64,000 nucleotides of DNA from Camelus ferus (GCF_009834535.1 NC_045697.1:46750001-46814000); one strand, 5' to 3'. Counted from the stretch's first letter, positions 39,442-54,574 are shown. Numbers and translations: made by a program. The notes: generated from the sequence alone by a model not told the origin.

Positions 39442-42400
39442 ATACAACTCTATTTTTCTAAGCACCTTACCAAAAATTTACTTCTAAGAGCCACAGATGC
39501 CATTCAAGTCCCTGAGTGTTTGACAATCAACTTAGAAACAGAAATTAGAATAGAGTGGAAAATAAGACAGGGGGAGCTAGAATTATTGGGAAATTTCCTA
39601 GATCCTCTTGTTAGAATGCAAATAAATGTCTTTTGAAGAATGTCATTTTAACAGCTACTCACTTATGAAACAGCTATTATAGATATTAAATAGCAGTGTT
39701 CTGAATTTGTGAAGCATTTTTACATCTATTGGTTTATTCTATCTATACAATAACTCTGCATGACAGGCAAGTGTGCATTTAATAGCAGAATAAAACTGAA
39801 GACAGGCCGAGCAATGTGTTCAAATATAACCACATGAGTTATATTTGAATCATTCAATTAAATACAAACATCATTAGTAATATAGCAATATAATCTGCCA
39901 CAGAAGTATACATATTTATATATAATTCAACCCTTAATAGATAAACATAAAACTATAAAAATAATAGATTAAAAACTGAGTGTTAGATACAATTTTGTGA
40001 GGTTTGGGGGGATTGTATTATAATAGCACTGCTTCACAGTAGTATACAATATTCAAATGATGGACTCTTGAGTTGACATTTTTGATAAAAATATCGATGA
40101 AGTTCTTATTTAAATTCTGCAATAACTTTAGAAAAGGTTACCAGTATAAACATTATTTTTTGTAAGCTGCTTCAAGCTCCCCCAATTAGAGACACTTTTT
40201 TAGTGAGGTAACATCTACTAATCTGCCAAATTTAAGTCACTTTACAAATGAGGAGACTAATTCTGTTTTTATCATTTAACTGTAGGATATTAATCATCTG
40301 ATGAAACAGAACTATTTAACAAAATGAGCATGTTCAAACCATTTGGCAAATACCTGCTAAAGAGAGCAGATAAAAACTCTTTGGTGGGGGGGGAGATGAT
40401 TTTTTTTTAACCTGAAACAAAAGCTAATCACAAAATGTAATAGCAGTATGTTTCTCTTTTAAATGTTTCTCTTTTAAATCTGTAACACAGTAGCAAAAAG
40501 GTTAAAGACAATGTTGGCGATGACTTCTTTCAGCTTTTGAGTGTGGCAACATGTATTATTTGGCGTAATCATGACACAGATCTGCATATGTATGTCTTCA
40601 ATAATTCATGCTGCAGCTTGTCTCACTGTGGGGACAGATGTCAGTGAAACCAGTGACAGCCGATCATGCTGATCCCACAGTGACACTGAACCTTGAGTAT
40701 ATGCCCACTAAGTCTGATTGGAGCTAAGAAAATATGGGCCAGCAAGTTTGGGTGCAGCTATTCATTTTGCAACAACATGCAATGTACATATTTTTATGTA
40801 TATATGTATAAAAATATCTTACTTCCATATAACTTCCTAAAGATTTGGAAATCTTTATAATTTGGACTAGTTAAATGTGGAAACATTCCTTACATTTGAA
40901 TGCCATATTTATTTAGTCATTTAAAATATACATAGAAAATGTTACTGACAAAATTAATTATTTAGTGTTATGTATAGAAATGTATATCTCTCCTATAGGT
41001 GATTTATAGCATTACCGGTCTTAATCTTTCATTACTAATTCATGTATAGAACAAATGAACGTCACACACCCAGAAGACAAACAAGCCAGCACACTGATGT
41101 TTTGTTCTCAAAGACTTACATCTGTTTCTCACAATGATTAGTGTTTTCTTTCAACTTTTGGTATTAATCTAAAACTATCCTATTCCAGATCCTCCAAAAG
41201 AAGTATAAAATGTGTATCTGTCAGTGAGTGTCTATGGACATTAATTAGTTGGAATATAGAATACAGAACATTGGTTAGAATATAGAAACATTCACTTTCC
41301 CCAGAGTTAGGCTAATCCTTATGTGTTAATCTGTAACTTGTTTCATAGCAGGGGACTAGAATAAGAGATGTAACTGGGGCTGTGCAAGTCTATTGCTTCT
41401 GCTAGAATAGTAGCTCAACATACTTACCTTCTATTTGTGCATAAAGAAATAGAGAGCCAGCAGTTCCAAAGCCTTTTAAAAGTCAAAATATTGTATATTT
41501 TAGATCCCAAGATAAGCGCCATTTATCCACTTCTTGAATAACATTAGAGAAAAGTGTCAAGCTCCAATTACAACCTGCAGAATCTTTGATTAACAACTAG
41601 AAAATGCCATGTGTATGTCTGTATGTGTGGCTAAATATATGTGTGTGTGTGTATATACATTACATTTTGAAATATTCAACAGAACAAAACATTCATCTTT
41701 GTTTTCTTTAGTGACATAATATGTTCTGCCATTTTTTGACTTGCCCTTAGACATACAGCTTAGCTTTTGGCATCAGAGTCACTATCTTGGTGATTTTATT
41801 GTTTCAGAGAAGTTCCTAGCTTATTCGTAATGACGCTTCTGATCTGTCCTCTCCCCTCTAAGATCAGTACATTTAGGAAAAGGCACTGATTTTTCATTAT
41901 CCCAGGATTAGATGTTTTCAAGATACACTTGAGTCAGGGAATCTCTTCATTTCTACCATGCATAGTGTTGCCTAACAGTGGGTACCATTTTTCTTTGGAG
42001 GTGCATTTACATAAACATTTCTAAATCCACAGCTCCGTAAAGAGACACGGTATTGTAATTCATGACTTTTAGGTAATATGTCATATGAATCTTAACATAT
42101 GGCATTACACTCTACAGTGGCAATCTTGGCTTCCAAAGGGACCTGGAAAACATCCAGTGAGATGAGAATAAGCCAAACTTGATAGAAAACCATATCGATG
42201 CTAATCCAGGTTTACACCTTTCATTCAGACTCAGAACTCTCTAGCAGATGGTTCAGTGTTGAAGCACTAATGTTAGCAAAATGTCAAAACTATTTTGCTA
42301 GACTCCCTCAATTGTTCACACAGAGTATTTTTCAAGAGCTGGATATCATAATAGTATTAATGAATGGTAGCACTAAGGTCTCTGATCTCAAGTCCAGGGT

Positions 42401-43202
42401 TTTAGTTTCAATTTCCAAAGACAATCTGGCTTTGCTCCCTTGGAATACTGCCAATCAGCTTTGACAAAAGAAAATGAAATTTTAGACGTTTCTTCCCTGA
42501 TTCTGTAGCTAACAGTGGCATAATCAAAGAAGACAAAGGAATGCAGAACCATTTGGCAGATAGCATTATTAGTGCTGCTATATCAATTTAACCATCCAAA
42601 CAAATGTCATGAAATAGAGGCTTGAATCAAAATGTCTTACACTAGGATTTGTGGACATAGAGAAAAAAGCTAAATGGCCTTCAGAGAGTCCAAAAAGCAT
42701 CTGAATTTAGAGGCAAATGTGGTGTTTATATGCATACTTTTCAGTGTGTTCACATATATACTGAATATGCAAGGTGAATGAATGAGTAAATAAGTGTGAC
42801 CCTCATATTAGGATTAGCAATGGTTTCAGTATGTTACAGAAAGTCAGAATGACATTTATGCAACAAGAATGTTTGCCTCTCGATGAAAACATATTTAAGC
42901 ATTATTTGATCACTTAATGTCTATTAGGACCTATGCTGTCTTTGAAGGTATTTTTTTCTAATGTTAAAAATTACCTTATGAAGTAGGAATTAATAGCTTT
43001 GTTTTGCAGACATCTGACTACAAATGTCTCAGTACCCAACCCCAGTGGGTACTCTGAAATCAGTTTTCCTGACTCCAAATTCCACTTCTTTTCTTTTACA
43101 TCACTTTTATTTCTTTAATAATGGTTTCTACCTTAGTACAAACAAACTACAATCCTGACAGCAAAAGACAGAGTTGGCTAAGTGTATGATAACACAAGAA
43201 GG

Positions 43203-43649
43203 CAGATGAATGGATACAAAAGTTGCGGCATATATATACACCATGGAATATTGGCCATAAAAAAGAATGAAATCTTGCCATTCGCAACAACATGAATGGA
43301 CCTGGAGGGTATTATGCTTAGTGAAATAAGTAAAAGAGAGAAAGACAAATATTGTATGATTTCACTTACACATGGAATCTATAAAACAAAACAAATGAGC
43401 AAACATAGCAATATAGAAACTGACTCACAGAGAACAAACTAGTGGTTACCAGAGGGAATGGGGCAGGGGATGAGAGAACTAGGTGAAGGGGGTTAAGGTG
43501 TATGTCACGGGGATGTAATGTACAGCACAGGCAATATGGTGAATAGTAATGTAATCACTTTGTATGATATCTAATCCTATAAAATATTGAATCACTCATA
43601 AAACTGCAACTAATATTGTAAGTCAACTATACTTCAATTTTTTTAAAAA
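43203..43649 (+). mobile_element. L1 3' end (ORF2 end and 3'UTR)
   Basis: 'aaagaatgaaatcttgccattcgcaacaacatgaatggacctggagggtattatgct...gtcaactatacttcaat'. Confidence 0.85.
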
Positions 43650-45769
43650 GGACATATGAGTAAGAGGCCACTTTCAGGTAACATTCCTTCTCTCAAAATT
43701 TCTTTATGGAAGTCTAAACTGTATCAATCAAGACATGTATTTTCCTTTCCAAACTTCTTATTTCAGCCACCATAGTATTAAATCAATCAGCATTAACTGA
43801 TAAGACTTCTCATCACATCTGTTTGAATCCTGACCATGAGGCCAAGGCAAAGAATGTGGGCATCCCACCCTGGGAGCCAGTGCACATCAGGACAGCTGTT
43901 TTTCCTATTCTTCCATGAATATGTTCCTGAGAGTGAGGTCACTGGTAGAAAGATTCATGTGTAGACCGTAAGAGGCTAGGCCAGATCAAAACTGAACAAT
44001 GATCAGTAAAAACGGATTTGAGAAATTTAAGATAGCTGAAAAGAGGTGTCATGTTCAAATTAGGTCAACCCATTTAAGACTAACCCTGTAAAGAGGACCT
44101 GAATCAGTGGGTGTCATTTGTATGTCATGGCTTAAAGAATTATCAAGTTGGACTGGACAGGATTGTTCCAACTATGTAACTCTGAAATAAGTGACTACTT
44201 ATAGATTTTCCTCACTTCCAAATCCTAATTTGCTCTTCTCACTATGTCTTTTGTAATTAACCATGGTTTTATTTTCATTTTTGTTCATTATCAATTTCAT
44301 TGCTGAAGACTGTCCATATTTCTTTAATGTTGTGACAAGAATTCTTTGCTGAAGCTAAAAAAAAAAACAAACAAGAATGAAACAAGCTAAGAAAATAACA
44401 CTGTATTCCATTTTTCCATTTAAAATATGTTACAAAACAGCTTTCAGTTTAAAAATTTTTGACAGTGTATGTTCAATTTTTCAACTAACAGATGCACGTA
44501 CATAAAATTATATGATTGAAATTCAGTGTCAGGGGCTTTAGTCATTTAGTTTGGGCAAATTCAAGGCACTGGTTCATAATATAACTCTTAAAATATCTAT
44601 TTAATAATGAGAGAGTCAAGTTTCTATGAAGTAATGATATGGAAATATCTATTGTATTAAAAAAGATATTTTATGTGACTATTTTAAAAACTACTATGAT
44701 TTACTTATAAATGAAAATGGATTTTCTTTTTTTTTTAAGAAATCATTTCATAAGATTTTAGTGAGCAATACGTGACTATTCAATGAAAGGAGAAACCAAG
44801 CAATGTCTTAGGACTCCCAGTCTAGAGTTCTTCATGCTAAAAGTTCAATTGATAATGTGTTTACTAATTAAGAAATACAAGAACTATTAGCAACTACTTA
44901 ATTAAAAAAATGAGAGCATGGAGAACTATTCATGAAGTTTGTTTCGTGTTCTTAACAAGATTTCGAGAAAATATGAGACTATATGACCTTAATAAAGGCA
45001 ATAGGTGAATGCTTCTAGCAAAGAAAATCTGATAAGGAAAATAGACTGAAATACTGATGTTTAATTGGAAAGTGGTACATGGCAGTCCTACTCAAAGTGC
45101 CTGTAGGAATATAAACCAACTTCATCAGAAGCATACTGTTTGATTCAGCTACCTTTTTTTTTTTTTTTTTTTTTTTCCCATTACAAGACATTCTCAATAA
45201 AAGAAGCAATGTGTTGATTTCCATTCTGGAGCAAGCTCCCTAGAGCATGATGGACTAGTAACAAACTGTTTCGCCACTGTCACCAGTGGCCTGCCATGCA
45301 GTGCTTGCCTTAAAAAAAAAAAGATAATTTCAATGCATCATCACTGTTAAATATTTGTTTCTAGTCGAGATTTAAAAATCACTGTGAGAAACAGTAAGGC
45401 TTTAAAACAGGGAAATAAGTTTTCTCTAATTGTATTTTCACATACGCAAATAACTATAGGAGAGTTTTAGAAAAAGATACTACTGTTAGGAGAAAACTGT
45501 AGGAAAATAGAATTTAAAAAATGAGTACAAACAACCTAAAATCCGCATGTTCTATTATCTTCCGTAATCATCCCGTAACTGATAGGCACAGGACATGGTG
45601 AATGTTCATTTTCTCTTCAATTGTTTATTGGGCCATTCTATACCTAGGGTTACAAGTCAAGAAGAGGTGGCCATTTTCCATTAGGAATGAAGTGCTTTAA
45701 CCTGCAAACACTTGCTAATGTCAGCTTAGACTTTCTTGCCTGTGTGATGACAATAAAGTGAGTGACATC

Positions 45770-46144
45770 TGTCTTATTCAGTTCAGGCTGCTATAACAGA
45801 ATAACACAGGATGTGGGGCTCAAACAACAGTCATTTCTCCTAGTTGTAAGGCTGAGAAGTCTAAAATCAAAGTGCCAGCAGATTCAGTGCCTGGTGAGGG
45901 TCATCTTTCAGGTTTGCAGACACCTGCCCTCTTGCTGTGTCCTCACAAGGTAGAGAGAGAAAAAGAAAGTGGGGTGCTTCTCTGGTCTCTTCTTATAAGG
46001 GCACTAATTTCATCATGAGGATTCTACCCTCAGGACCTCATCATACCTAATTACTTACCAAAGGCCTCACCTCCAAATACCATCACATTGGGGGTTAGGG
46101 TTTTAAGATAAAAATTTTGCAGAAAGACATTTAGTCCATAGCAA
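45770..46144 (-). mobile_element. MaLR LTR (MLT1A-like)
   Basis: 'ggctgctataacagaataacacag...cttataagggcactaat...ctccaaataccatcacattgggggttaggg...tccatagca'. Confidence 0.85.
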
Positions 46145-46439
46145 TAAAGTCAATGTCATCTAAAATATATTGGTCTCTAGATAGGACCAAATATATGTCT
46201 AAAATATTTTCAAGATGGAGGTGGGTTATGACCACTCTGGGATGGAAGTGCAATCTTCCTCCAGGAAAACATAGGCTATCCATTGTTCTTACCATTTAGT
46301 GGGATAATTGAGTGTGTGCCACAGGAACTAAAGACTTCTCACACTCCTTTATCCCTTTAATTGACAGATATACCAGATGTACTATTTTTATAATAACTAA
46401 GATCATCTCCAAAGATAGCAATTTGGGAATCTGGATCCC

Positions 46440-46680
46440 TCAGTGTGGAGTAATGAGGCTCTGAGAATCAGTTGACCTGGGTCCGAGGTTCATCATCTGA
46501 GCTCCAATCCAGCGCTAACTGGGTAACCTTAGGTAAATTACTCAGGTCCTTCTCTGTCCAGTTTACCAATCTATAAAACAGAGATAATCACAGGATTTAT
46601 CTCCAGAGTAAGGATTATATGAGATAACTGAGTAAAGAGCTTAGCACATGAACAGTGGTAAGCACTCAATAGATGCGACT
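46440..46680 (+). mobile_element. MIR SINE
   Basis: 'ccttaggtaaattactc...ctataaaacagagataat...cttagcaca...aagcactcaatagatg'. Confidence 0.7.
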
Positions 46681-48174
46681 ATGTATTGCTATTTAGATAT
46701 GGTGATTCCCTCTAACCCAGGAGGCTTGGTTTTAAAAATGTGTCAAGGTTAACTAAGACTCCAGTGTCCTGAGTGGTAGCAGGCATTATTATTTTTAAGG
46801 ATGTGTTAACCTTAAGGAAACATATTTTCCCTATAGACCCAACATGATCACTAACGAATACAACAGATAGAATATTTTTTTCAAGAGAAGAAAGGAAAAT
46901 GTATTTTATCATTAGCTTCTGGACCTTTTGTTCACGACAAGGCTCTATCAGAAACAATAGCTTTGTTATAAGACATTTTATTCTTGGAAAGGTGGTTTTG
47001 AATATTCAGTAGGGCTCCAGGCTAGTGACTTTTGTGGTTAGGTTTCCTGTCTTCCAGGAAGCCCTTGACAAAGGTCACAAACAATTTGCTCGTTCCTCTT
47101 ATTAAAATAAAGATGGAAAGCATTGATGATAACTCTGCCCAGCAGCTAACTTCATCATCTGTAGCGGTTTCAACATATGCTTGTGAGATAATGAAAAATA
47201 GAGCATTAAATACAGTGGCAGATTGAATCTTGTTTCAGGGTAAATATAGTAAGTCATTTTTTCCCTCTTCATTTCCTCAGAACCTGTTTAGCATTAGACT
47301 GTTAATATCATCACTGATACATGACAAAACCATTGCATAATATACTGCGTTTCAGACCAACCCCCACATAAAAGTGAGCAATGGAAAACTATGAACATTA
47401 ATCGGTCATTCAAAATAATGAAGTGCCTCAAGCCAACCCTTTTTAAAAGCCTTCCACTCTTATAGTTTTGTAGGAACAAACAGTTTTATAAATCTGACAT
47501 GCTTTTCTGGTCCCATTTAATATTATGAAAATGTCATTTTTCAGAAGTAGAGTGAATATCAAAAATTTTTAAAGATGCATTTTATAGCCAAATAGCAAAA
47601 ATATGCTATGCAATCTTTATGATATAATTCTTTTGAAAAAGCAAGTTTTGAATCTAAAGATCAAGCTTGTCAATATTGGGAAGGAAGGATTATTTACCCT
47701 TTAATCTTCAAGGACTAGGAAAATAACACCTAATGATTTTGAGCAACAAACATTTTGTTATGGTAAATAGTTGTCTAAGGAAATTACAGCTATTCGAAGA
47801 CTATATTTTTATCCAATAATCATTTAAAATTACTAGTAATAAAAAAAGTATCCATTAATTTCAAAGACAAATCTAATAAATTAACAATGATTGCATTTAT
47901 GTTTGTACTGAAGAGCATATCTCAGGAAAAATTTTATACACGTAATTCCAAAAATACCTCATTTGAATTAAAATATAATTTACAAATGAAGGTATTTACT
48001 CATTTTATTAAGATTAAAAACTGAATTAGGAGCTGACATTTTACTGATAATTATCCTTTGGTTGGTAACTCTAGTAAAATCCGAGTTTTTCCTGTATTTA
48101 TGTCATGGTTAAGTTTTTCTTCCCACTCGCATGTGCCTTGCTGCCAGATGTTGAACATGCTACCTCTCTCTCTC

Positions 48175-48495
48175 TTTTTTTTTTCAATTGAAGTTTCGTT
48201 TATTTACAATGTTGTGTTAGTTTCTGGTGTACAGCAAAGTGATTCAGTTATACATATACATATATATTCTTTTTCATTTTAGGATATTGAATAAAAAATA
48301 TTGAATATAGTTCCCTGTGCTATACAGTAGGACCTTGTTGTTTAAGAGGATAGCAATTATTTCAAGCATATTTTCTGACCACAATGGCATGAAACTAGAA
48401 ATCAACCACAAAAAGAGAAAGAAAAAAATGACTGCATAGAGAATAAACAACATGCTACTAAAAAACCAGTGGATCAATGATGAAATCAAAGAGGA
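48175..48495 (-). mobile_element. Short L1 insertion: reverse 3' end joined to an inverted ORF2 endonuclease fragment
   Basis: Poly(T) plus 3'UTR at 48175-48343, then a forward segment translating IISSIFSDHNGMKLEINH...NNMLLKNQWINDEIKE; degenerate TSD ctacctctct/ctgcctctct. Confidence 0.8.
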
Positions 48496-49049
48496 CACAC
48501 TGCCTCTCTTTAGTTGTTTCCACTACATCAGAGGTCAGTCTAAGTTCCTCAGTCTGAGTTGTCCCACCTACGCTGTTACCATCAAATTCCCCTTTCAAAA
48601 GTGACATTAGGAAAAACAGCTTCCCTTTATTGGCTCTGGTTTACAGAAGCAATAAATGGCTCAGCTGCAGCCATTGCTTCAGGATCTAATTAAACAAGGA
48701 GTTGCAGATGCTGTGGATTTTTTTTTTTCCTAATGATACAAGCAACTGCACAGAGCACATATGTTCCTTTTCTATTCTTTGGAAAGACTACAGAGAACCT
48801 GAACTTGCAACAAGCATGGGATGTGGTATGTTCTTAAGCGTTATTCAAGGTCAAATGTTTTTAGAAGTAAAAACAGCAACAGTTAACCAGGTGACTTCAT
48901 GTACTGTAGCCTAAGATTTAATGTTATCTTTTATTTAAAACTTGAAATTTATCACATGGCTATATCTAGCCCAAATCCACTTTGGATTATGCCTATACAG
49001 TCTTTCTTCAGGGAGTATCCTCCATGTGTTTTTTCAGATGAATTTTCAT

Positions 49050-50560
49050 TTATCTTTTAATTGTGTATTTTCAATACACTGAAGTATATATGTAACATAT
49101 ATTAGAGCCTTAGGGCATAATAACAAAGCAAACACTTGTGAACCCACCACCCAATCTAAGAATGATAACAATATAAATATTATTAAATCACTGTTTTTTT
49201 AAGTATTAATATATTCAATTCAAAATACTGCCTAATTGTCCTTGTGATTTCTTCTTTGAACAATAAGATATTTGGAAATGCACTGTATAGTTTCCAAATA
49301 TTTGGGTATGTTCCAGGATCTTCTGTTATTTATTTCTGACTTAATTCCATTATGGTCAGAGAATACACATTGTACAATTTAAATCTTCTTACATTTATTG
49401 ATCTGTTTTATGGCCCAGAATATGGTCTATTTTGGTAACTACACCATGTGCACTATAGATTCTGATGTTTGGGGATAAACTGTTACATAAATTCAATAAG
49501 GGAAGGTTGTTTGATAGTACTGTTCAAGTGTTCTACATACTTACTGACTTGCTGCCTATATGTTTTATCAGTTATTGAGAGAAAAACAGTAAAATCTCCA
49601 GCTGTAATTGAAAACTATTTCACTTCTATCAGTTTTTGCTTCATGTATTTTGAAGTCTGTTATTAGCTGTATAAACCTCTGGAATAATTCTGCCCTGTTG
49701 ATGAACTGATCTTTTATCATCATGAAATGCCTCTTTTTAACTCTGATGAGTAGTTTTGGTGTCTAGTAGGTCATGTTCCCACATATTTTTCATTTTCTTC
49801 AGTGGTGTCTTGGTTATTCTGAAACCTTTGCTCTTTCATATACATTCTAAAATCACCTTGTCAAGTTCTTTAAAGTCCCTATTGAGATTTAGTTATAATT
49901 CTTTTGAAATTTTACCTCATTTTGTGGAGACAAGGACAAGAACATGATAAAGAATATCCACCCAAAACATAGAGTAAGCATTGTATTCAATGGCTAAGCA
50001 ATAAAAACATTACCTCTAAAATCAGAAAGTAGATAAGGATGGTGCTTACTACTATTTCTACTCAACACTGTATGGAGGACCTGCCCAGCTTCATAAGATT
50101 TGAAAAGGCAATACAAAATAGAAGGATAGAAAAGGGAAAAAAGTTGTCCTTATTAGTTAAATGACACATTTGTCCACACAGAAAGATTTTAAAGACCTAC
50201 AAATAAATTACTAAAAATAATAAGATAATCTAGTGAGTTCATTGAATATGATTAATACATAAAAGTTTTCAGCAAGAAAGATTTAATAAATGTAATTCAA
50301 AAATTAAAATATCAATTAAAAATAAGTGATCCAGGAATAGGTCTAACAAGTGATGGATAAGACTTTAATAAAGAAAATTATACGAATTAATTAAAATACA
50401 AATTCTAATTGTTACTGAGAATGTATACAAGAGAAATTCTCTTAATGATGGCTGCATATGGTAAAACCATCTTGAAACAGTTCAGCCAAACTTAGAAGAC
50501 TTAAAAAACATATAAAGAACTCTTACAATTACAAGAAGATAAACACAGTCAAGATTATTC
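49050..50560. mobile_element. Mosaic of old L1 fragments (minus strand ~49200-49750, plus strand ~49970-50560)
   Basis: 'ttaattccattatggtcagagaatacac...tggcccagaatatggtctatttt' (reverse ORF2); 'ctatttctactcaacactgtatggagg' (RT-like). Confidence 0.7.
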
Positions 50561-50577
50561 ATTTATAAAATTGTTTG

Positions 50578-51125
50578 TGTGGTAGGTAGAATTCTAAAAT
50601 TGCCCTGAAGATTTCCACTTTCTGGTATTCTGTGTAATGCCCTTAGCCTAAATGTGAGAAGAACTTGTGAATATGATGAGCCATCACTTTCATGATTATG
50701 TTATATTATATGACAGAAGGGAGTCTGCAGAAGGAATTAAGGCCTCTGATTAATTGACTTTGAGTTAATCAAAAGGAATGCCACTCTGGGTGGGCCTGAC
50801 CTAATCAGAGGGCCTTGAAAAGAGGTAGAAGAGATTCAAAACTAAAGATATTTATTTTCTTGGCCTTGAATGAGCAAAATGCCATATTGCATATTCACAT
50901 GCCAGGGAAAGGTGGGTGGTTTCTGAAGCTGAGAGGACCTTGGGTCTCTCAGAAGACTGCAGCTCTGACCATATCTTTATTTTGGCTTTATGAGATCCTA
51001 AGCAAAGAAAACCAACTGATCCAGGCTATATCCAGATTCCAGACCCACAAAACTATAACAAATTTGTGCTTTTATAAGCCTCTAAGTTTTTGGTAATTTG
51101 TTACACAGCAATAGAAAAATGCAGT
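50578..51125 (+). mobile_element. MaLR LTR (MLT1E/F-like)
   Basis: 'tgtggtaggtagaattctaaaat...gggtgggcctgacctaatcag...tggtaatttgttacacagcaatagaaaa'. Confidence 0.85.
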
Positions 51126-51149
51126 GTGTAACAGCAAAAAGCAAAAGAC

Positions 51150-51600
51150 AAAACAAAACAAAAACCTTGAAATAACCCAGATGTCCATGAGTGACAAATG
51201 AATTAATAAATTAATTCATTATAGTCATACAATGCTATACTAGACCATGATAAAATTAAATAAACTATACTAACATAGATGAATCTTAAAGAAATGTTGA
51301 GAAAAAATGCAAATTACAGAAGTATACACACTATGACTTCACTTATAAAATTATTAAAATAGGAAAAGTTAAATAATATGTAATTTAAGGACATATGTCA
51401 ATGAGGAATAGTTAGTATTATACAAGTCAAGATTGATATTACTTTTGAGGAAGGAAGAAATTTGAAAGGGTTATAAAAGTGATTTCAAAGGTACTGGCAT
51501 TAGCCTATTTCTTAGGTTCAGTGGTGAGCACATACATGTTGATTTCATTATCTTTCAAATGCTGCAGTTATGTTATAAACACTCTTTCACAACGGAGGAC
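51150..51600 (+). mobile_element. Old L1 3'UTR (L1ME-like)
   Basis: 'ttgaaataacccagatgtccat', 'atagatgaatcttaaagaaatgttgag'. Confidence 0.6.
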
Positions 51601-53910
51601 ATACTGCACCATTAAGAGTATACAATCCTGTAAAAAGGACCCCAAATTCTAGAAAGTTACTCTCTTGTCTTCCTAGATTAGAAATTGAGTAATAAGTTCA
51701 CCAAGTGGAAAAAAAAAATTATGTATGGCTCTCCAAGTGCATTTAAATACAGCAACAGCAGTAACAGCCATGGTAGTAGTCATCTCTTCAACCTAATTAG
51801 TGATGGCAGTTGAAGTAGATTAGCAAAGTGAGCCAGGAGACTAGTGACCCAGGTGTCATCTTTCTTCTGAGGTGTATGCTTTGCATGTTCAATCTGTGCT
51901 GTGTTGGGGAAGTGAAGCCGAGACAAAACCCAAGTGCTAATAACAGTGAGAGAAAGACACAGAGGCAGAAAATTGAGGGAAAGAAAAGATTTTAAATATG
52001 CTTCACATTTCTTGGATTAATTAGAAAGTGAATCATAACCCAGTATTTAAGTGGCAACTTGATTGTGGGTGAATTATTTATCCAGTTGAAACATACAACC
52101 TATGTTCATAACATGGAGTTGTTTTGCTTATGCATCTTGAATAGTCAATCAGGGGGAATTACCGTAGTAAGGGTCCCAAGAAACTCCATCAAACCTGAAC
52201 TCATGATTTTTCCTGATGAAATATTGAAAGGCAAGCCAATTCTGTTTTTACACTAATGCTTCAAAATCTAATTCTGCTTCTCCAAAGCCAGTTCTGAATC
52301 TGATGAACACAATAGCTAAAGCAAATTATCTGACCTACAGTTATGACGGGAACAACACTCTGCAGTAAGACTCTGTATAGATATGACCATGTCTCTCGCA
52401 CACTCATCACTTATAACAAAGTGATGCTAAATCAGATTTCACAAAGTGTTAATTCTCATAATCAGTTAGAAAGAATTTTTGTGTATCCCTAAATTATTGG
52501 ACACTAACACATTCTACTTTGCAAATTAATTCTAGCCTAGAACTACAGGAATGGTTGTAAACAGGGTGGTACTGTGTATGTGTTGCTGCTGTGGCTTGAA
52601 AAAGATAGCAAATTATTTACTACAAAGAATTTTCCCTAACACTGAGGAAAAAAGAATCCACTAGTTTTCCCCTTTTAGTATAAACATTTTAACGTCATTT
52701 GCTGTTAGGTTAGAAGAAATGATTTTTATTCACTGAATTTCAACTCAGTATCACAGTATTACATCAACACATCATCCTTCACCTCTTTGACACCCACTGC
52801 AGTCCCACCAGTTTGGACTTCCAAACCCAACAACAGCAAAATTCATCTGTGCTAGGCTAATAATCATAGAACTTTACACCTAGAAAAGATTCATGATATC
52901 ATGTAGTTCAACCCAACAATAAAACTATATTTGGCATGGTTGCTAAACAAAATTTCTTTGTGAAACAAACGCTAGAAAAACAAAACTGAGTTTTCCTCAT
53001 AGACAATTTCTGAGAAGGCTTATTAGCTCCTTGAGTTTGAGAAAGAATTCACTTTTTAAGGAGCTGAATTCTGGTGTGCCCACATGCTCAGACACATACA
53101 CACAATAAAAATTGAGTCAGCCATTTTAAAAGTGACAGGACCAGGCAGCATGGAGATTATAAGGCAACAACATTTATAAATGTTGGCAACCAGGAAACCA
53201 AAAGCAATTTATGTAGGAGTTTGGCATCCTAGATTCTATCTAAAACTTTATGACTAATTTCTCAAGTAGTTTTACTTCTCTCACTTAATCACTCTACTTC
53301 CTACTTTACAATATAGATGAGAGCACTTGGTTGCACCCAATGCTCCAAAGAGATCATGGGATAAAATATGTCAGCCAAGTTTTACAAAAAGGCTGGTTCT
53401 ATAACTAATAACAGAACAAATTATAAAATTTAAATGGGAAAATGTGAAATAAATTAGTTTTCCCTCTTGTGTCCTTTTCAAAAGCTAGAGCCTATTGTTC
53501 CCTTGCTTTTTAGTCATTCCAGTACTACTTTTCTTAATCGAATTATTTTGAAACCTATTCATAATTTCTACCATTCTACATCTGCTGCATACCCTTTATG
53601 TTGTGCCAAATTTTTGTTCTCATCAAGTTCATCTGTCAGTCTGCACTTTCAGGGCTTCAAGATCACTTCTTCCATAAAAAAAAAAAAAAGTCATATTTGA
53701 TAATAATAATAGTCCTTTGCGTGAAGCTCTCATATACATTATCCCATTTCATTCTCAAAACAAGGTAGTGGGGTATACAGATTTCCATCTTCTAGAGGAG
53801 AAAAGAAAAAGCCCCCAAAATATAAGTGGCCTGCCCCAGAGCACAGCTAAATAAATGTTTGAACCAAAATTTGAAATCAAGGTTCTTCTCACTATGCCCA
53901 GCAGAATTTC

Positions 53911-54118
53911 TTTTTTTTTAAATTGAAGTATAGTTGATTTACAACATTGTATTAACTTCCTGTGTATAGCACAATGATTCAATTATACATATTCTTTTTC
54001 TTTATAGGTTATTACAAAATGTTGAATATAGTTCCCTGTGCTATACAGTATGACCTTGTTGTTTATCTATTTTATATGTAGTAGTTTGTATCTACTAATC
54101 TCAAACCCCTAATTTCTT
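53911..54118 (-). mobile_element. Lineage-specific L1 3' end
   Basis: Poly(T) plus 'aaattgaagtatagttgatttacaa...tatagttccctgtgctatacag'; flanks share aatttctt. Confidence 0.85.
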
Positions 54119-54574
54119 AAAGAGCTCTTCTCTTGAGATGTATCAGCTAGTCTCTGGGCATCACTCCTTCTCTACTGCCACTCTTCACTCCCACATCTAT
54201 TTGCATGCAATGATGTTTAAGATCTTGCATGCAAATTGCTGCTGACACAATACTAACTACAAGTGATGTCTGACAATCTCCAAAACCCTTATAGTGCTTG
54301 ACTTTCTAATGGTGCTTGGAACAGCCAGGACACGTACATGGTAATAATATAGAACTGATGGAACAGGTTTCTGGTACCGCTGCCAGCAGGAATTCCATTA
54401 ATGTAAAGAAGTTTTTCTTTCTCATACCTGAGAACAGTGAATCCATGACTGTCTCTGAATATTTTGCCTTATTATCATTCTAAGTGGCTGCAGTATTTAG
54501 GTTTGGTATGTCAGACTGAGAAAAATAACATAAAATTTGAATTTACATTAAAAACATAGTCAATCACTATAATT

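Noticed and set aside
40448..40817. 15-bp tandem duplication (40448-40477) and 10-bp AT inverted repeat (~40788-40817)
   Set aside because: Short AT-rich structures that are common in mammalian DNA; no supporting context.
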